Of a DNA stretch of 64,000 nt, positions 13,950 to 25,228 are shown piece after piece. Origin of the DNA: Macrostomum lignano. Taxonomy: Eukaryota. Numbering within the stretch: the stretch's first letter is position 1; each line of letters starts with the position of its first letter. The notes beneath the pieces were generated by a model that was given only the letters and a program-made list of their open reading frames with translations, did not search any database and had not been told where the DNA came from. The stretch lies in NCBI GenBank assembly GCA_002269645.1, contig NIVC01000629.1:434001-498000 (forward strand), written 5' to 3'. A program made the position numbers and the translations under genes.

Positions 13950-14850
13950 GACTGTCGCCCTCACGGTCCCAGAAGACGGTGGCGTCCAGGAAGTTGACCT
14001 CTGTGCTGCTGTACTCGTAGCTCAATTGAAGCCGGATGTTCGGGTCGAGGGTTCCAGATGTTGGTGGTACTGGACCAGCTCCGCATCTGTTCCCGCCACA
14101 CTCCAAAGACGTCGTCGATGTAGCTGAGCCACAGGCTGGGCTTCTGCGGGCTGGTCTCCAGGCCTCTCTGCTCCCAGTAGCCCATGTAGATGTTACTGTA
14201 GCTGGACGCGAACGACTTCCCCATGGCAGTGCCTTTCACCTGCAGGAAGTATCCGCCGTCGAACTCGAAGTTTTTGCGCTCCGCTCCCTAAACGCCCTCC
14301 TAACGCACTCGAGACTGGCCTCCGTCGGGATGTTGGTGTTCAGGCTAGTGACGTCCATGGTGAACAGAAAGGTCTCCTCTTATGCTGGACAGGCGATCCA
14401 GCGGATGCAGGATGCTGTCGATTAATCGGCCACTGGCGTAGGACTCGCTGTCGACATCAGACACGATGGGCCAACCCGGGGGAATATCACCGAGCGGCCA
14501 CGACTCGACGGGCTTGTGGATCTTCGGAAGGATGTAGAAGTGCATCGTGCGGAACTCGCTCTTCGGGCTGAATGCGATGACTAGCAATGGTCGATGATTC
14601 TGCGGTCCAGCAGCGACTTGAAGACAGCGCGAATCATCTGGACTGTGAAGCGGTTGGTCGGCGCGTTCAGGGGCAGGTAGAATAGCGGGTCCTCTAGCTG
14701 ACGCAGGCACTCGTGAACATAGTCCTGCCGGTCCAGAATGACCAGCTGGCTGCCCTTGTCGGCCGGTTTGATGACGATTTACTTGTCCGCCCGGAGGTCT
14801 CGCAGGGCCTTCGCCTCCGCCCCGCTGATGTTCGGAGCGTTCCTGCAGTC
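13950..14850 (-). mobile_element. Decayed Penelope-like element (PLE) reverse transcriptase fragment
   Basis: Motifs appear in order across shifted frames: PNISGAEAKALRDL, IVIKPADKGSQLVILDRQDY, FYILPKIHK..PPGWPIVS, FTMDVTSLNTNIP, NFEFDGGYFLQVKGTAMG, WLSYIDDVFGVW, EVNFLDATV. Premature stops, frameshifts and internal deletions are present. No GIY-YIG endonuclease was seen. Confidence 0.9.
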
Positions 14851-14854
14851 TTCA

Positions 14855-15312
14855 GAGATAAGTACGAGCTAGTTAAGTCAGAGGCCAATCACTCTTCAGA
14901 AACCAAGCAGTTTAAGTCAGAGTCAATCACTCTTCAGAAACCAAGCAGTTTAAGTCAGAGGCCAATCACTCTTCAGAAACCAAGCAGTTTAAGTCAGAGG
15001 CCAATCACTCTTCAGAAACCAAGCAGTTAAAGTCAGAGGTCAATACCTCTTCAGAGACCAGTTTAAGTCAGAAGTCAGTCACTCTTCAGAGACCAGTTTA
15101 AGTCAGAGGTCAATCACTATTCAGAGACCAGTTTAAGTCAGAAGTCAGTCACTCTTCAGAGACCAGTTTAAGTCAGAGGTCAATCACTATTCAGAGACCA
15201 GTTTAAGTCAGAAGTCAGTCACTCTTCAGAGACCAGTTTAAGTCAGAGGTCAATCACTCTTCAGAGACCAGTTTAAGTCAGAAGTCAGTCACTCTTCAGA
15301 GAACAAGCAGTT
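14855..15312. repeat. 36-39-bp minisatellite (CAGTTTAAGTCAGAGGYCAATCACTCTTCAGARAC)
   Basis: About 12 copies; one further copy lies at 13903-13948. Confidence 0.95.
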
Positions 15313-15830
15313 TACGAGTGTAAACCTGAAACCAGAGTGTTTACAGCACTTGAATGTAATTCACTCTGTCTGTCCGTCAAATGGCTGTGGGCTCTCTACA
15401 TGTACACCCACATAGGCAGCAAACTTTCAGCTAAAGTTATGCGCTTAGACGTCAGAAGCGTACAAAAATCTAGTCGAGAAAATTTATTCGCTACACATCG
15501 TGTCAACACTGAGGCACTGCTCTGAGAAGAGAGAGAGAGAGAATCTTAAACTGCTGCAGTAGATCAAGCCCAAAGCAGTCTCTAATCTCTCTGAACAGTT
15601 TGCTCGCAGTGCAAATGATACAGACCAGCTTATGGCCCAATCAGCCGAAACGAGCCTCCAACTCTAAACCCGACACCCGATAAAATGGACTGCGAGCTCC
15701 AGGGGTTCCAGTTTTTGCGCCAGCCCGTCTGTTGACCCCCGCTTACTTATTTTGACTTATCAAACAGGGGCGATCAACTAGAAGAAGCAGCTTATAGCAG
15801 AGAATAGATTTAGGCAAAGCAAAGTGCAAA

Positions 15831-16181
15831 ATGACTCTCAGGCTGCTGGCTTTGTTGCTGGCTCTGCTTCCGTTCAGCTCTGAGGCTGCCGGGCGGCCAT
15901 GGGTCATTGCCCATCGAGGTTCCAGCGGCGACTATCCAGGACTCACCATGTTGGCCTTCACCAAAGCTGCGGAGGAGGGTGCCGACATGCTGGAGTTGGA
16001 CACCGCTGTCACCAAGGACCACCAAGTGATTGTGCTGCACGAACCGGACCTATCGCCGACTACTAACGTCAAGGATGTGCCAGAGTTTGCTGGCCGATTG
16101 AAAACCGATACGATTTTCTCCGACGACAACTATACTAAAAATGTGACAGACTATTTCACCTGGGACTTCAGCTTGGATGAG
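15831..16181 (+). CDS. Glycerophosphodiester phosphodiesterase (GlpQ/GDPD type), exon 1
   Basis: Signal peptide MTLRLLALLLALLPFSSEA, catalytic VIAHRGSSG, GADMLELDTAVTKDHQVIVLHE (E-x-D and second His). Phase-0 donor GAG|GTACAG at 16182. Confidence 0.93.
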
Positions 16182-16217
16182 GTACAGATTGTGCGGTTGG
16201 ACGTCTGTGCTCTCTAA

Positions 16218-17243
16218 GTGTCTGGAGTGGTAGCTCAACCAAGTTTCAGGAGGAAGTGGTAGCTCAACCAAGTGTCAGGAGGGAGTGGTAGCTCAACCAA
16301 GTGTCAGGAGGGAGTGGTAGCTCAGCCAAGTGTCTGGGGGGAGTGGTAGCTCAACCAAGTGTCTGGAGTGGTAGCTCAACCAAGTGTCTGGAGGGAGTGG
16401 TAGCTCAACCAAGTGTCTGGAGGGAGTGGTAGCTCAACCAAGTGTCTGGAGGGAGCGGTAGCTCAACCAAGTGTCTGGAGTGGTAGCTCAACCAAGTGTC
16501 TGGAGGGAGTGGTAGCTCAACCAAGTGTCTGGAGGGAGTGGTAGCTCAACCAAGTGTCTGGAGGGAGTGGTAGCTCAACCAAGTGTCTGGAGGAAGTGGT
16601 AGCTCAGCCAAGTGTCTGGAGTGGTAGCTCAACCAAGTGTCAGGAGGGAGTGGTAGCTCAGCCAAGTGTCTGGAGTGGTAGCTCAACCAAGTGTCAGGAG
16701 GGAGTGGTAGCTCAGCCAAGTGTCTGGAGTGGTAGCTCAACCAAGTGTCTGGAGGGAGTGGTAGCTCAACCAAGTGTCTGGAGGGAGTGGTAGCTCAACC
16801 AAGTGTCTGGAGGGAGTGGTAGCTCAACCAAGTGTCTGGAGGAAGTGGTGGCTCAACCAAGTGTCTGGAGGGAGTGGTAGCTCAACCAAGTGTCAGGAGG
16901 GAGTGGTAGCTCAACCAAGTGTCTGGAGGAAGTGGTAGCTCAACCAAGTGTTTGGAGGGAGTGGTAGCTCAACCAAGTGTCTGGAGGGAGTGGTAGCTCA
17001 ACCAAGTGTCTGGAGGGAGTGGTAGCTCAACCAAGTGTCTGGAGGAAGTGGTAGCTCAACCAAGTGTCTGGAGGGAGTGGTAGCTCAACCAAGTGTCTGG
17101 AGGGAGTGGTAGCTCAACAAAGTGTCAGGGGGGAGTGGTAGCTCAACCAAGTGTCAGGAGGGAGCGGTAGCTCAACAAAGTGTCAGGGGGGAGTGGTAGC
17201 TCAACCAAGTTTCAGGAGGGAGCGGTAGCTCAACCAAGTGTTT
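16218..17243. repeat. 29/25-bp minisatellite filling GDPD intron 1
   Basis: Unit GTGGTAGCTCAACCAAGTGTCTGGAGGGA and a 4-nt shorter variant. Confidence 0.97.
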
Positions 17244-17272
17244 AAAAAATCTGAAAATCCACCGCTCCCTAG

Positions 17273-17806
17273 ATTAAGAAGCTTCGCAAGCACCAGCGAA
17301 TAAGCTTTCGGGACTCCAGCTTCGACGGCAAAGAGCAGGTGCCGAGCCTTCGCGAAGCGATCCAGCTGGTGAAGCGCCTGGACTCGGAGAGACAGCCCGA
17401 TCAGAGACGGGTAGCGTTGCTCATCGAGGTGAAACTATGTCGCTACTTCACAGCTCGAACAAATCGCAGCAAGGAGGAGCTGATCGCGGCGGATCTGACT
17501 GCCGAGGGAGTGGATAACAGGCCGGACATCATCCACCTGCAGACATTCGAGCTGCAGTGCGCTGCCGAGCTCAAGCGTCTCCTACCAAACCTGCCGGTCT
17601 ACAAGCTCGAGGAGTCTGCTGGCATCAGCGACGAGAAGCTCACTCAGTGGAGACGCGACCTCAAGCTGGACGGCATCGGTGTGCACAAGGCGATGGTTGC
17701 TGGCGGTTCCGCGAACCCAGCTAGCCCGGAATTCACCTACAAGTACCGCGTGACCGGACCGACCGACCTGGTGCAGCGGGCTAAGCGGCAGGGCGAGAAT
17801 TTCAAG
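17273..17806 (+). CDS. GDPD exon 2
   Basis: Acceptor CGCTCCCTAG| at 17272. Reads IKKLRKHQRISFRDSSFDGKEQVPSLREAIQL...LLIEVK...LQTFE...LDGIG...LVQRAKRQGENFK. Phase-0 donor AAG|GTAATC at 17807; 178 codons, in frame with exon 1. Confidence 0.92.
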
Positions 17807-18657
17807 GTAATCACCGCACTGGCTGCTCGTTAAGTCTTTCGAATTCCTCAACCGGTGATGTCAAACTCAATAGCCCATACTCGCCTCTGATGACTACACA
17901 AAGCGTACATGACAGAGTGTGCCTGATTGTGCAGTGTCGCTTTATTATCTATCTTTATTTCGAGGCGACAGTCGACCCGCAGACATTGAGTAGGCAATTC
18001 AGTTGACCCTGAGCATTTACAGAAACGCAGGCTCATGCTCCCATCAGGGTATACAGAGGCCGCCCTGACTTCTCTATCATCAGGCGTGTACACTAATGTA
18101 CACTCTCATCCGGCATGCCTTTCGCCATTGGCACCACGACTAGGTTTGACACCCAAATCAATTGATTTCTCCACTCGTGCTTGCGGCGCCAAATGTAGTG
18201 AGCGAGAGACCAGCGGCCAGGCTCAGTCCAAGAAAAACAGTCAAACCCTCACACGAAGGGTGGAGATACTTTTATATCTAAACAAGAACACATGTACGAC
18301 ATGGGAGCACGAACCCGCAGACGAATTGCCCGCCGAGGTTTGCCCTCAATGCTTTTCTTCATACAGGGCATTTAGCCACAGATATGAAACATCTGTGAGC
18401 ACACAGATGAATAGCTCACAGATGTACCCCTGTATGCTTATAGATATCAAAGCCTACAATAAGAATATGCATTTGATATGCAGTTACTAACAAAACGTTT
18501 TGATCGGGTAAATCTTTTATTAATCTCATGGACCCTATGTGCATATAGAATCAGAGCATTATTTTACCCCCAATCACTCACTTGTAGTACGAGTGAGTAC
18601 TGTCACTTTAAAACGACTAGCTCAACTACCCCCTCCCGTGTAATTCCCCACTCCCAG

Positions 18658-18921
18658 GTCCTGGTGTGGACCCTCCGCAACGAGGACCGGTACATCGCGT
18701 GGACCTTCAGCCAGGACGGCTGGGCCGAGGCTGATTTCTTCGCCACCGAAGCTAAAATCGACGGCCTGATCACCGACTTTCCCAAGACGGTTCGTCGACT
18801 TGTGGATGACCGGTTCGCGTCGAGCGGCTCCAAAATTGGCTCACCATCTGGCGGCCTTCCGGCTCTGCTGGCTCTGGCTGCTGCTGCTGCGGCTTCTTGG
18901 AGCAGCTATTTGGCTGTATAA
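18658..18921 (+). CDS. GDPD exon 3 with hydrophobic C-terminal tail
   Basis: Acceptor CCCCACTCCCAG| at 18657. Reads VLVWTLRNE...KIDGLITDFP, then a Ser/Gly spacer and LPALLALAAAAAASWSSYLAV*. Spliced product is about 382 aa. Confidence 0.92.
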   Translation, partial: VLVWTLRNEDRYIAWTFSQDGWAEADFFATEAKIDGLITDFPKTVRRLVDDRFASSGSKIGSPSGGLPALLALAAAAAASWSSYLAV

Positions 18922-19089
18922 AAGCAGCAAGACCAACAATGCGAATAATGTCAAATGAAAATATTCTAAGCGCACTACTATCATCGTTAGAAGCGAGTTT
19001 TTCTGCCTAAATGTTTGCGTTCCAGAAACACCTGTTTTACAAGAAAATATCTGCTAAGCATTCTAGAAAACTATCTAAAAATGCTCGAT

Positions 19090-19105
19090 AAACGAATAAA
19101 TAAAT
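19090..19105 (+). promoter_or_regulatory. Candidate poly(A) signal (AATAAATAAA) for the GDPD gene
   Basis: Overlapping AATAAA hexamers about 175 nt after the stop codon. Confidence 0.4.
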
Positions 19106-20179
19106 TGATCGGCATAAAAAACTTTAAGTTTGTTTTAATTTTTTCGATTTAAAAAACTCTGCTACACAGTCTAGTGTTTTAAACAAATCCAATAGTTCTA
19201 TTGTAATTACAATACACAATAGTTGACATAGACAGACTTACAGTTTTTCTGAGACCTTGAGTTCAGAAACAAACAGAGATGGTTTTAGAAGAATGCACTG
19301 AGTCATCCTTGCGTGGCGGACTCTGTCACTTACTAAAGCAAATTAAGCATAGTTTTTTTATACCAAACTTTGTAGGCTTAGTAAAACAAAAATTTTTGGG
19401 GCGGATTCAAAGAAACGCAATCGAATTCTGGACTGGCATTTTCCATTTTGATTGACAGCTGCAAATTGAAAAGCTAAGATTTCGTACCTTATCAAGTGCA
19501 TGTACATAAATTTCGCTAACTTACAGAATGTACTTTTGTCTACTGGTGAGTCACCCAATTCACGCAGCTAAGTGTAGTGTACATTCGCGAACATAAGCCA
19601 AGTACATTGTTAGTGTACAGACACTGACACAACAAGTTTATAAGTACGATAAAGAGAATTAATCTGGTTCGCTGTAGTTGCAAAGAAAGCAAAGAGTGAG
19701 ACTGACCAGTTTAGCTGTGCCGTCATGCTGCACGCCGAGAAAAAAATAGTTTAATCAACAAAATATTCTATACAATTCGTTGACTGGCGTGAGCTGTGAA
19801 AATCAATTAGAAATAGAAATGGCCTGAAATAGTTGTCTATTAGGATTGATTATTATAGTGCTACTAACAGTAGGATTTCTAGTCTAACAATTCACCCATT
19901 CCTCTGGCCACTGAGTACTCGTACACACGCTAACACAGGCTGTACAAGCTCACACAGGGTGTAAACACACAAGCTTACGCAGGGTGTACACAAGCTCACA
20001 CATGGTGTACACACACGCCCTTTGAATCGCCTTCAAGGGCGAGAATCGCCCGACGATCTTTGACTTCTGTACTCTCTCGTCTACTCCTAAGCAGTCCCTG
20101 ATAGAAATTCAGTCCAACTGTTCAACAGACGTCCTTGCACATCCGTGAAACGCAATGCGGCTGTCGGGGTCGCCAAGGC

Positions 20180-20294
20180 TCAGCAGACCGGCCGGGAGAC
20201 GTCGTCGTCTTCATCGTCGTCGGTCTGACGGCGTCTCGGCGATCCGCTGATAGGAGGCATTGGCGACTGACGGACTGGCAGGGTGGCATAGGCC

Positions 20295-20340
<46 letters not shown>

Positions 20341-20715
20341 CGAACACCGGTGCTGGCGAGTGCAGCCGACCGACTGGGCGCAGCTCGACCCCGTGCGGCG
20401 GCAGCGGCGGCGGCAGGAAGCCGACGGAATGATCGACAACGCCCTCCTCCTCCGGTATGCCCAGGTACTGGTGGTGTCGCGACGCCGATTTTATCGACAT
20501 CTGAGGCAAGGGAAGCTGGTGTTGCTGCTGCTGCTGCTGCTGCTGCGGCTGCTGATGATGCTGAAGCTGCGGCGTCATGACCCGCCGCGGCAGGGTGCCA
20601 CCAGCGACTGCCGGCGAAGAGTTCAGCGCCATGGCCATGGAGCCAGGGGCGTGGTGATGCTGGAAACTTGGGTGATGATGAAGCCCCTGCCTGCCTGCGG
20701 CGCCAAACAGGTGGC
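20180..20715 (-). CDS. Protocadherin, probable last exon (His/Gln/Pro-rich cytoplasmic tail)
   Basis: Acceptor ATTTTTGCAG| at 20716 in phase 1, matching the donor of the 21122-21197 exon. GC-rich coding-like sequence with two polyQ (CAG) runs, ending DDDEDDDVSRPVC*. Confidence 0.7.
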
Positions 20716-20773
20716 CTGCAAAAATTGCGATGGTTTTCGAATCACCAAATGATGGATGCTTCACACGGTATCT

Positions 20774-21110
20774 TAGTTGCTAAGGGTCAGTTGCTAAGGA
20801 CCAGTTGCTAAGGGTCAGTTGCCAATGAAAAGTTGCTAATGACCAAGTTGCTAAGGACGAGTTGCTAAGGACGAGTTGCTATGGACCGGTTGCCATGGAC
20901 CGGTTGCTAAAGACCAGTTGCTATGGACCAGTTGCTAAGGGTCAGTTGCCAATCAAAAGTTGCTAATGACCAAGTTGCTAAGGACGAGTTGCTAAGGACC
21001 AGTTGCTATGGACCGGTTGCTAAAGACCAGTTGCTATGGACCAGTTGCTAAGGGCCATTTGCTAAGGACCAGTTGCTTAGACCAGTTGCTAAGGCCCAGT
21101 TGCTAAGGAC
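20774..21110. repeat. 14-bp minisatellite (CCAGTTGCTAAGGA) in protocadherin intron 2
   Basis: About 24 degenerate copies. Confidence 0.93.
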
Positions 21111-21121
21111 AACAAGCTCAC

Positions 21122-21197
21122 CAGCGGGATCATCTTCACTGCCTCCGCGTCCCGAATCAGCGCTGTCGCCGTCCAAATCCTGCTGATTGATCACCAC
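21122..21197 (-). CDS. Protocadherin small cytoplasmic exon with a CM1-like motif
   Basis: Acceptor TTTATTTTTGTCCTCGCAG|, then VVINQQDLDGDSADSGRGGSEDDPA, then G|GTGAGC. DSGRGGSE resembles the delta-protocadherin CM1 core DSG(R/K)GDSE. Confidence 0.78.
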
Positions 21198-22334
21198 CTG
21201 CGAGGACAAAAATAAATTGGGCGCCTGGAAGTCGGTGCGGGTCAGTCAATCGTTCCGACTAGCGGCTGTAATTGGAAGAAAACTTCCAGACAGCCAGCGA
21301 AATTCTACGAGTGTTGCCCTTTCCCCGCAGGCGCATGCACTTGGCTCTGCAGCTTCATCATCCTCAGCATCATCAATGCGGGAAGTGGCGCTGACTCTTC
21401 AGATTTCAGCTACCGGCCTCTCTGTCTTCACGTGCCAATAAGCTTTGGCATTTTCCCGGCTTCCATCTATCCGTCCGGTAGGGGTGAAGCAGCGCTCGGC
21501 TAGGCCGGTATTTCTACAAGAGAGTTTTTCCCTCCCAGGAAGGAGGCCCAGCGATATTAATCTCCCTTTCCTGGCCAGAGGAAAGTCCACAGCAAGTTGC
21601 GCGTAAAGCAGCAGCACCAAATAGCGGTGATGCTCTCAGCATACTACTATACACTTACCCATTCCTATAAATGGCAGAATTATTGGTCAGCAGTTGTTAT
21701 CTTACCGGGATAAGTTGGCGGCCACTGGGGGAATGGTGCGGATTAAAAGCGCTGCTAGGAGGCTGAAGATTTTACGCAAATTTCGCCCTCAACCCCCCGC
21801 AGGTTCGGGGCCAGTTAGGGAGATCTGCTTTCCTCCTTAGCGGCAGGGCCAGGAAAGAGGAAAGTGCAGCGCAAGACTACAAGCGCACAATGAAGCCAAT
21901 CAAATGTCAGCTGTCAGTGGGCCCCCAAATCCTGAGTGCGAGGATCAAGGATGTTGGAATTGTTTTTTAGCCTCGAAGGATTATTTAAGATTTGCTGGTA
22001 AATTGATTGCCACCTCGCAAGGCTCGGCAACTACTATTAATGATTTTGCTTTGCCTAGTAATCATTGCCTAGGAATGTCTGAAGCGCTGCGAAGATATGA
22101 GCCAAACCAGAATGGAACACGTAGCCTAAGTGACTCTATAATTTCATGCATAGCAACAGGTGTCCAAGGCGCCACTCCGATGCAAAAACATAACGGTTTT
22201 AAGCGACCCGATTGAAGTTCTTCAGGGTCAGCTAATCAATTTGACCTCTCTTCGATCAACCACTGAAAGAACGGGCTCGAAACTGATTCTTTTTTTAGAA
22301 GCGCATTAGACTGAATCGAATCCCAGCTGCTCAC

Positions 22335-25228
22335 CTCATTTCTCAGCTCCATCATTTGCGGCCTGAGCTCGCACGCGCTGCCAGCCTGGTTGAATGTTGT
22401 CAGAGCGAACTGGTGATGATGCGAGCCGTTCGCCGGACCGCCGATCCCGCCGCAGAGCCTGCCGTAGGTTGCCGCTGACTCGGCCTCGTCGCACTGGCAG
22501 CAGCCACCGCCGCCGACTCCGCTGATGTCCTTGTCGCAGCCGACTCCGCAACCGCCCGAGCTGCTGCCGCCAGCCCGACATCCCGGCCCAGTTGCCATTA
22601 AGATGTCCCCGGCTGGCGAGATGTCGTAATCGTTTCCGCGTCCACGACGCCGGACGCAGACGATGGCCAGGACCAGGACCACGCTGATCACCGCGGTGGC
22701 TATCACCATGGCAACGATGATCGCCAGGTTGGCCTGTGCGTCGCGCAGCTGGCCGATGCCGTGGCCGGGAAGGCGCACCGCGTTGACAACCAAGCGGGCG
22801 TAGGCCACGCGGTTGATCGGCCCGTTGTCGTCAGCGCGCAGGGACAGCTCGTACCTGCCCGGCTGCGGCGGGCGCAGCGGCCTCAGCCTGCCGGACAGCC
22901 GGTCCAGCGAGAACACTCCACCGGATCCGCCCGCCAGCGAGTAGGTCACGTTGCTGAGCGAATCCCGGTCGCGAGCTTCAACTCGAGTGACCTCGACCAG
23001 GTCGCTAGAGAAAGTGTAGTTAACCACAAAGTCGGTGTTGCTTGGAAAAACCCATTCGGGATCGTTGTCGTTCTCGTCAACGAGTTCCACGGTGATGTGC
23101 GCCGTGGAGTTCAGCGGCTGCGGGGCGGCCCGGTTGTAAGCCATGACGGTGAGCGCGAACGATTCATAAGTCTCTCGGTCGAGGTGGCCGCGACTGGAGA
23201 TGACGCCGTTCTCGCTGAGGCTAATCGGCCACTGGTTCGGATCGCTGAAGGCCACCTCGGGATCAAGCAGGGACCTGCGCGAGTCCAAGTAGTCCTTGGC
23301 CGGGGGGCGCCTGCCGACCACGGAGAGCAGCCGGTAGAAGACGTCGGCGTTGATGCCCTGGTCCGGGTCCCGGTGAGCCAGTCGGTTCGCACCGGTTGGC
23401 CAGGACAGAGCTGGAGTCTCCATCGGGCAGTTCTCGCGTAGTCGGAACACCAGAGGCGGTTGGATTATCGGGGGATTATCGTTCACGTCAATCACACTGA
23501 GAGTGAGGGTGACGCTGGCGCTGTGCTGCGTGCCGTTGAAGCCTTGGGCGTCCCGCAGAACCACAACGAATTGCATGAGATCCCCGGTGCTCGGGTCCAT
23601 CGTGTCTCTGTCTACGGTGGACCGAACTCGCAGCTGCGCCTGGCCGACGGTGGCCGCCAGACCTTCGTCAAACAGCGACGCCTCAGTGCGCACCTCGAAC
23701 AGGGCCATCGCCGCTGCGTCTTGCAGCTCGAAAGTCAACGAATCGTCCCTGTCACGATCCGTGGCCATCAGACTGAAGACCGACTCGCCAATGTTGTTCC
23801 CGCTGTTTCCGTACGTCTCCTTCATCGCGTTGAAGTAGTTGGTCACGGAAAACTGCGGCTCGAACTCGTTGACGCCCCTGATGAACACCGGAACGTTTTG
23901 GCTGGAGTTCTGCATCGGCTGGCCAAAGTCGCGACAGTCGATGCGCACGGAGATTTTGCGCCGCTCCTCGTAGTCGACGGCGACAACGAGCTTGAGGGTG
24001 TAGCCACCCTTGTCGCTGCCGTCCAGCTGAAAGAAGCGCCTCTCGGCGGGACTGCCGGCCAGTTTGCATTCGACCCGAGCGTTCTCGCCCAGATCGTCGT
24101 CGGAGACAACCACCAGAGCTAGATAGGCCGGTGCGACGTTTCAGATATCACTATTCGGTCGCTGTTGTCTGTCATCGGTATGATGTTGATCGCTGGCTCG
24201 TGGTCATTCGCATCGATGACGCGGAAGCTGAACTTGGCCAGAGTGCGCTTGCTGGGGTTGCCACCGTCCGAGACGAGCACCCCGACCTCGTAGCTGCTGC
24301 GAGTCTTCGCGTTCAACGGTCGTCGGAGTGTCACCCGGCCCGCCCGGTCCACGTCTAGCAGGTTGGCTAGTTCCGGGTCCAGGATGGCGAACTCCAGCCG
24401 ACCGTTCGACCCGCTGTCCCTATCGTGCGCCTCGATGGTGGCCACCAGACCGCCGATGTTGAGCGTCTCCGGCACGTCCTGCACTCGCACCGCCGTCACG
24501 TTGGGCGCGTTATCGTTGCGGTCCTTCACCTGCACGATGAGGCGCTGGTGGCCGCAGCGCGGCTCCCGACCGCCGTCGCAGGCAGTGAGGGTCAGGTTGT
24601 ACTGTTTCTGCTCCTCGTAGTCAATCACAGGCGGGCTGGTGGGGTTCAGCACCAGGCTCAGGAAGCCCGGGATACTCGTGTCCAGAGCGAAAGCTCCACC
24701 ACCGTTGTCAGTGAGGTAGTAGCTGCCCTTCCTCGCCATGCCGTTGTCCCCGATGTCAGCGTCCGTCGCCTGATCAAGCGGATGGCTGAACCGGGTGTCG
24801 CCCTCCTCGATTGATAGCACCTTCTGTGCGTCCTTGAACACTGGCTCGTTGTCGTTGATGTCCTCGACGGTGATGCGGACCAGGACGCGGTCGGCTCCGC
24901 GAAAGGCGTTAAACTCCACGACGCAGGGTGGCGAACCCAGACAGGCGGCCGGGTCCTCGCGGTCGATGGGCCGGCTGACCCGGACATGGCCGTCCTTGTC
25001 CACCGTGAAGTAGGGCGACTGAGGCACGATTCTGAAGGTGCCACCGCCGCCGCCCAGACTCTTCAAGAGGTTGCCGATGCTGGCCTGGCTGGGCGTCTCC
25101 TCCGCCACGCTGAAGGCAACGTCTGCGGCTGTCCGCACGGGGCTGGGGCGGCCAAGGCTTAGCAGGATGAAGAGGAGAGCAACATCGGAGCCTGATTTGA
25201 TGAGGCCGAGAGGCTGAGGCGGTCGCAT
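22335..25228 (-). CDS. Delta-like protocadherin, large exon (signal peptide, 7 cadherin repeats, TM); 1-nt frameshift at about 24140
   Basis: Joins ORFs 24119-25228 and 22236-24113. Contains DRE, DxD and DxNDN calcium motifs, the EC1 C-x5-C (CLGSPPC) typical of protocadherins, and TM segment LAIIVAMVIATAVISVVLVLAIVCV. One extra A in GAAAC restores ISENVAPAYLALVVVSDDD. Phase-0 donor GAG|GTGAGC at 22334. Confidence 0.93.

Noticed and set aside
20008-20055. Two adjacent GC hairpins as a Helitron 3' end
   Set aside because: No CTRR terminus at the expected distance.
22236-22334. C-terminus VSSWDSIQ...EERSN* as the main protein end
   Set aside because: A strong in-phase donor at 22334 and downstream CM1-like exon make this more likely intron read-through; kept only as a possible minor isoform.
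22336-25044. Numerous 70-226 aa ORFs overlapping the protocadherin
   Set aside because: Antisense or out-of-frame shadows of a GC-rich exon.
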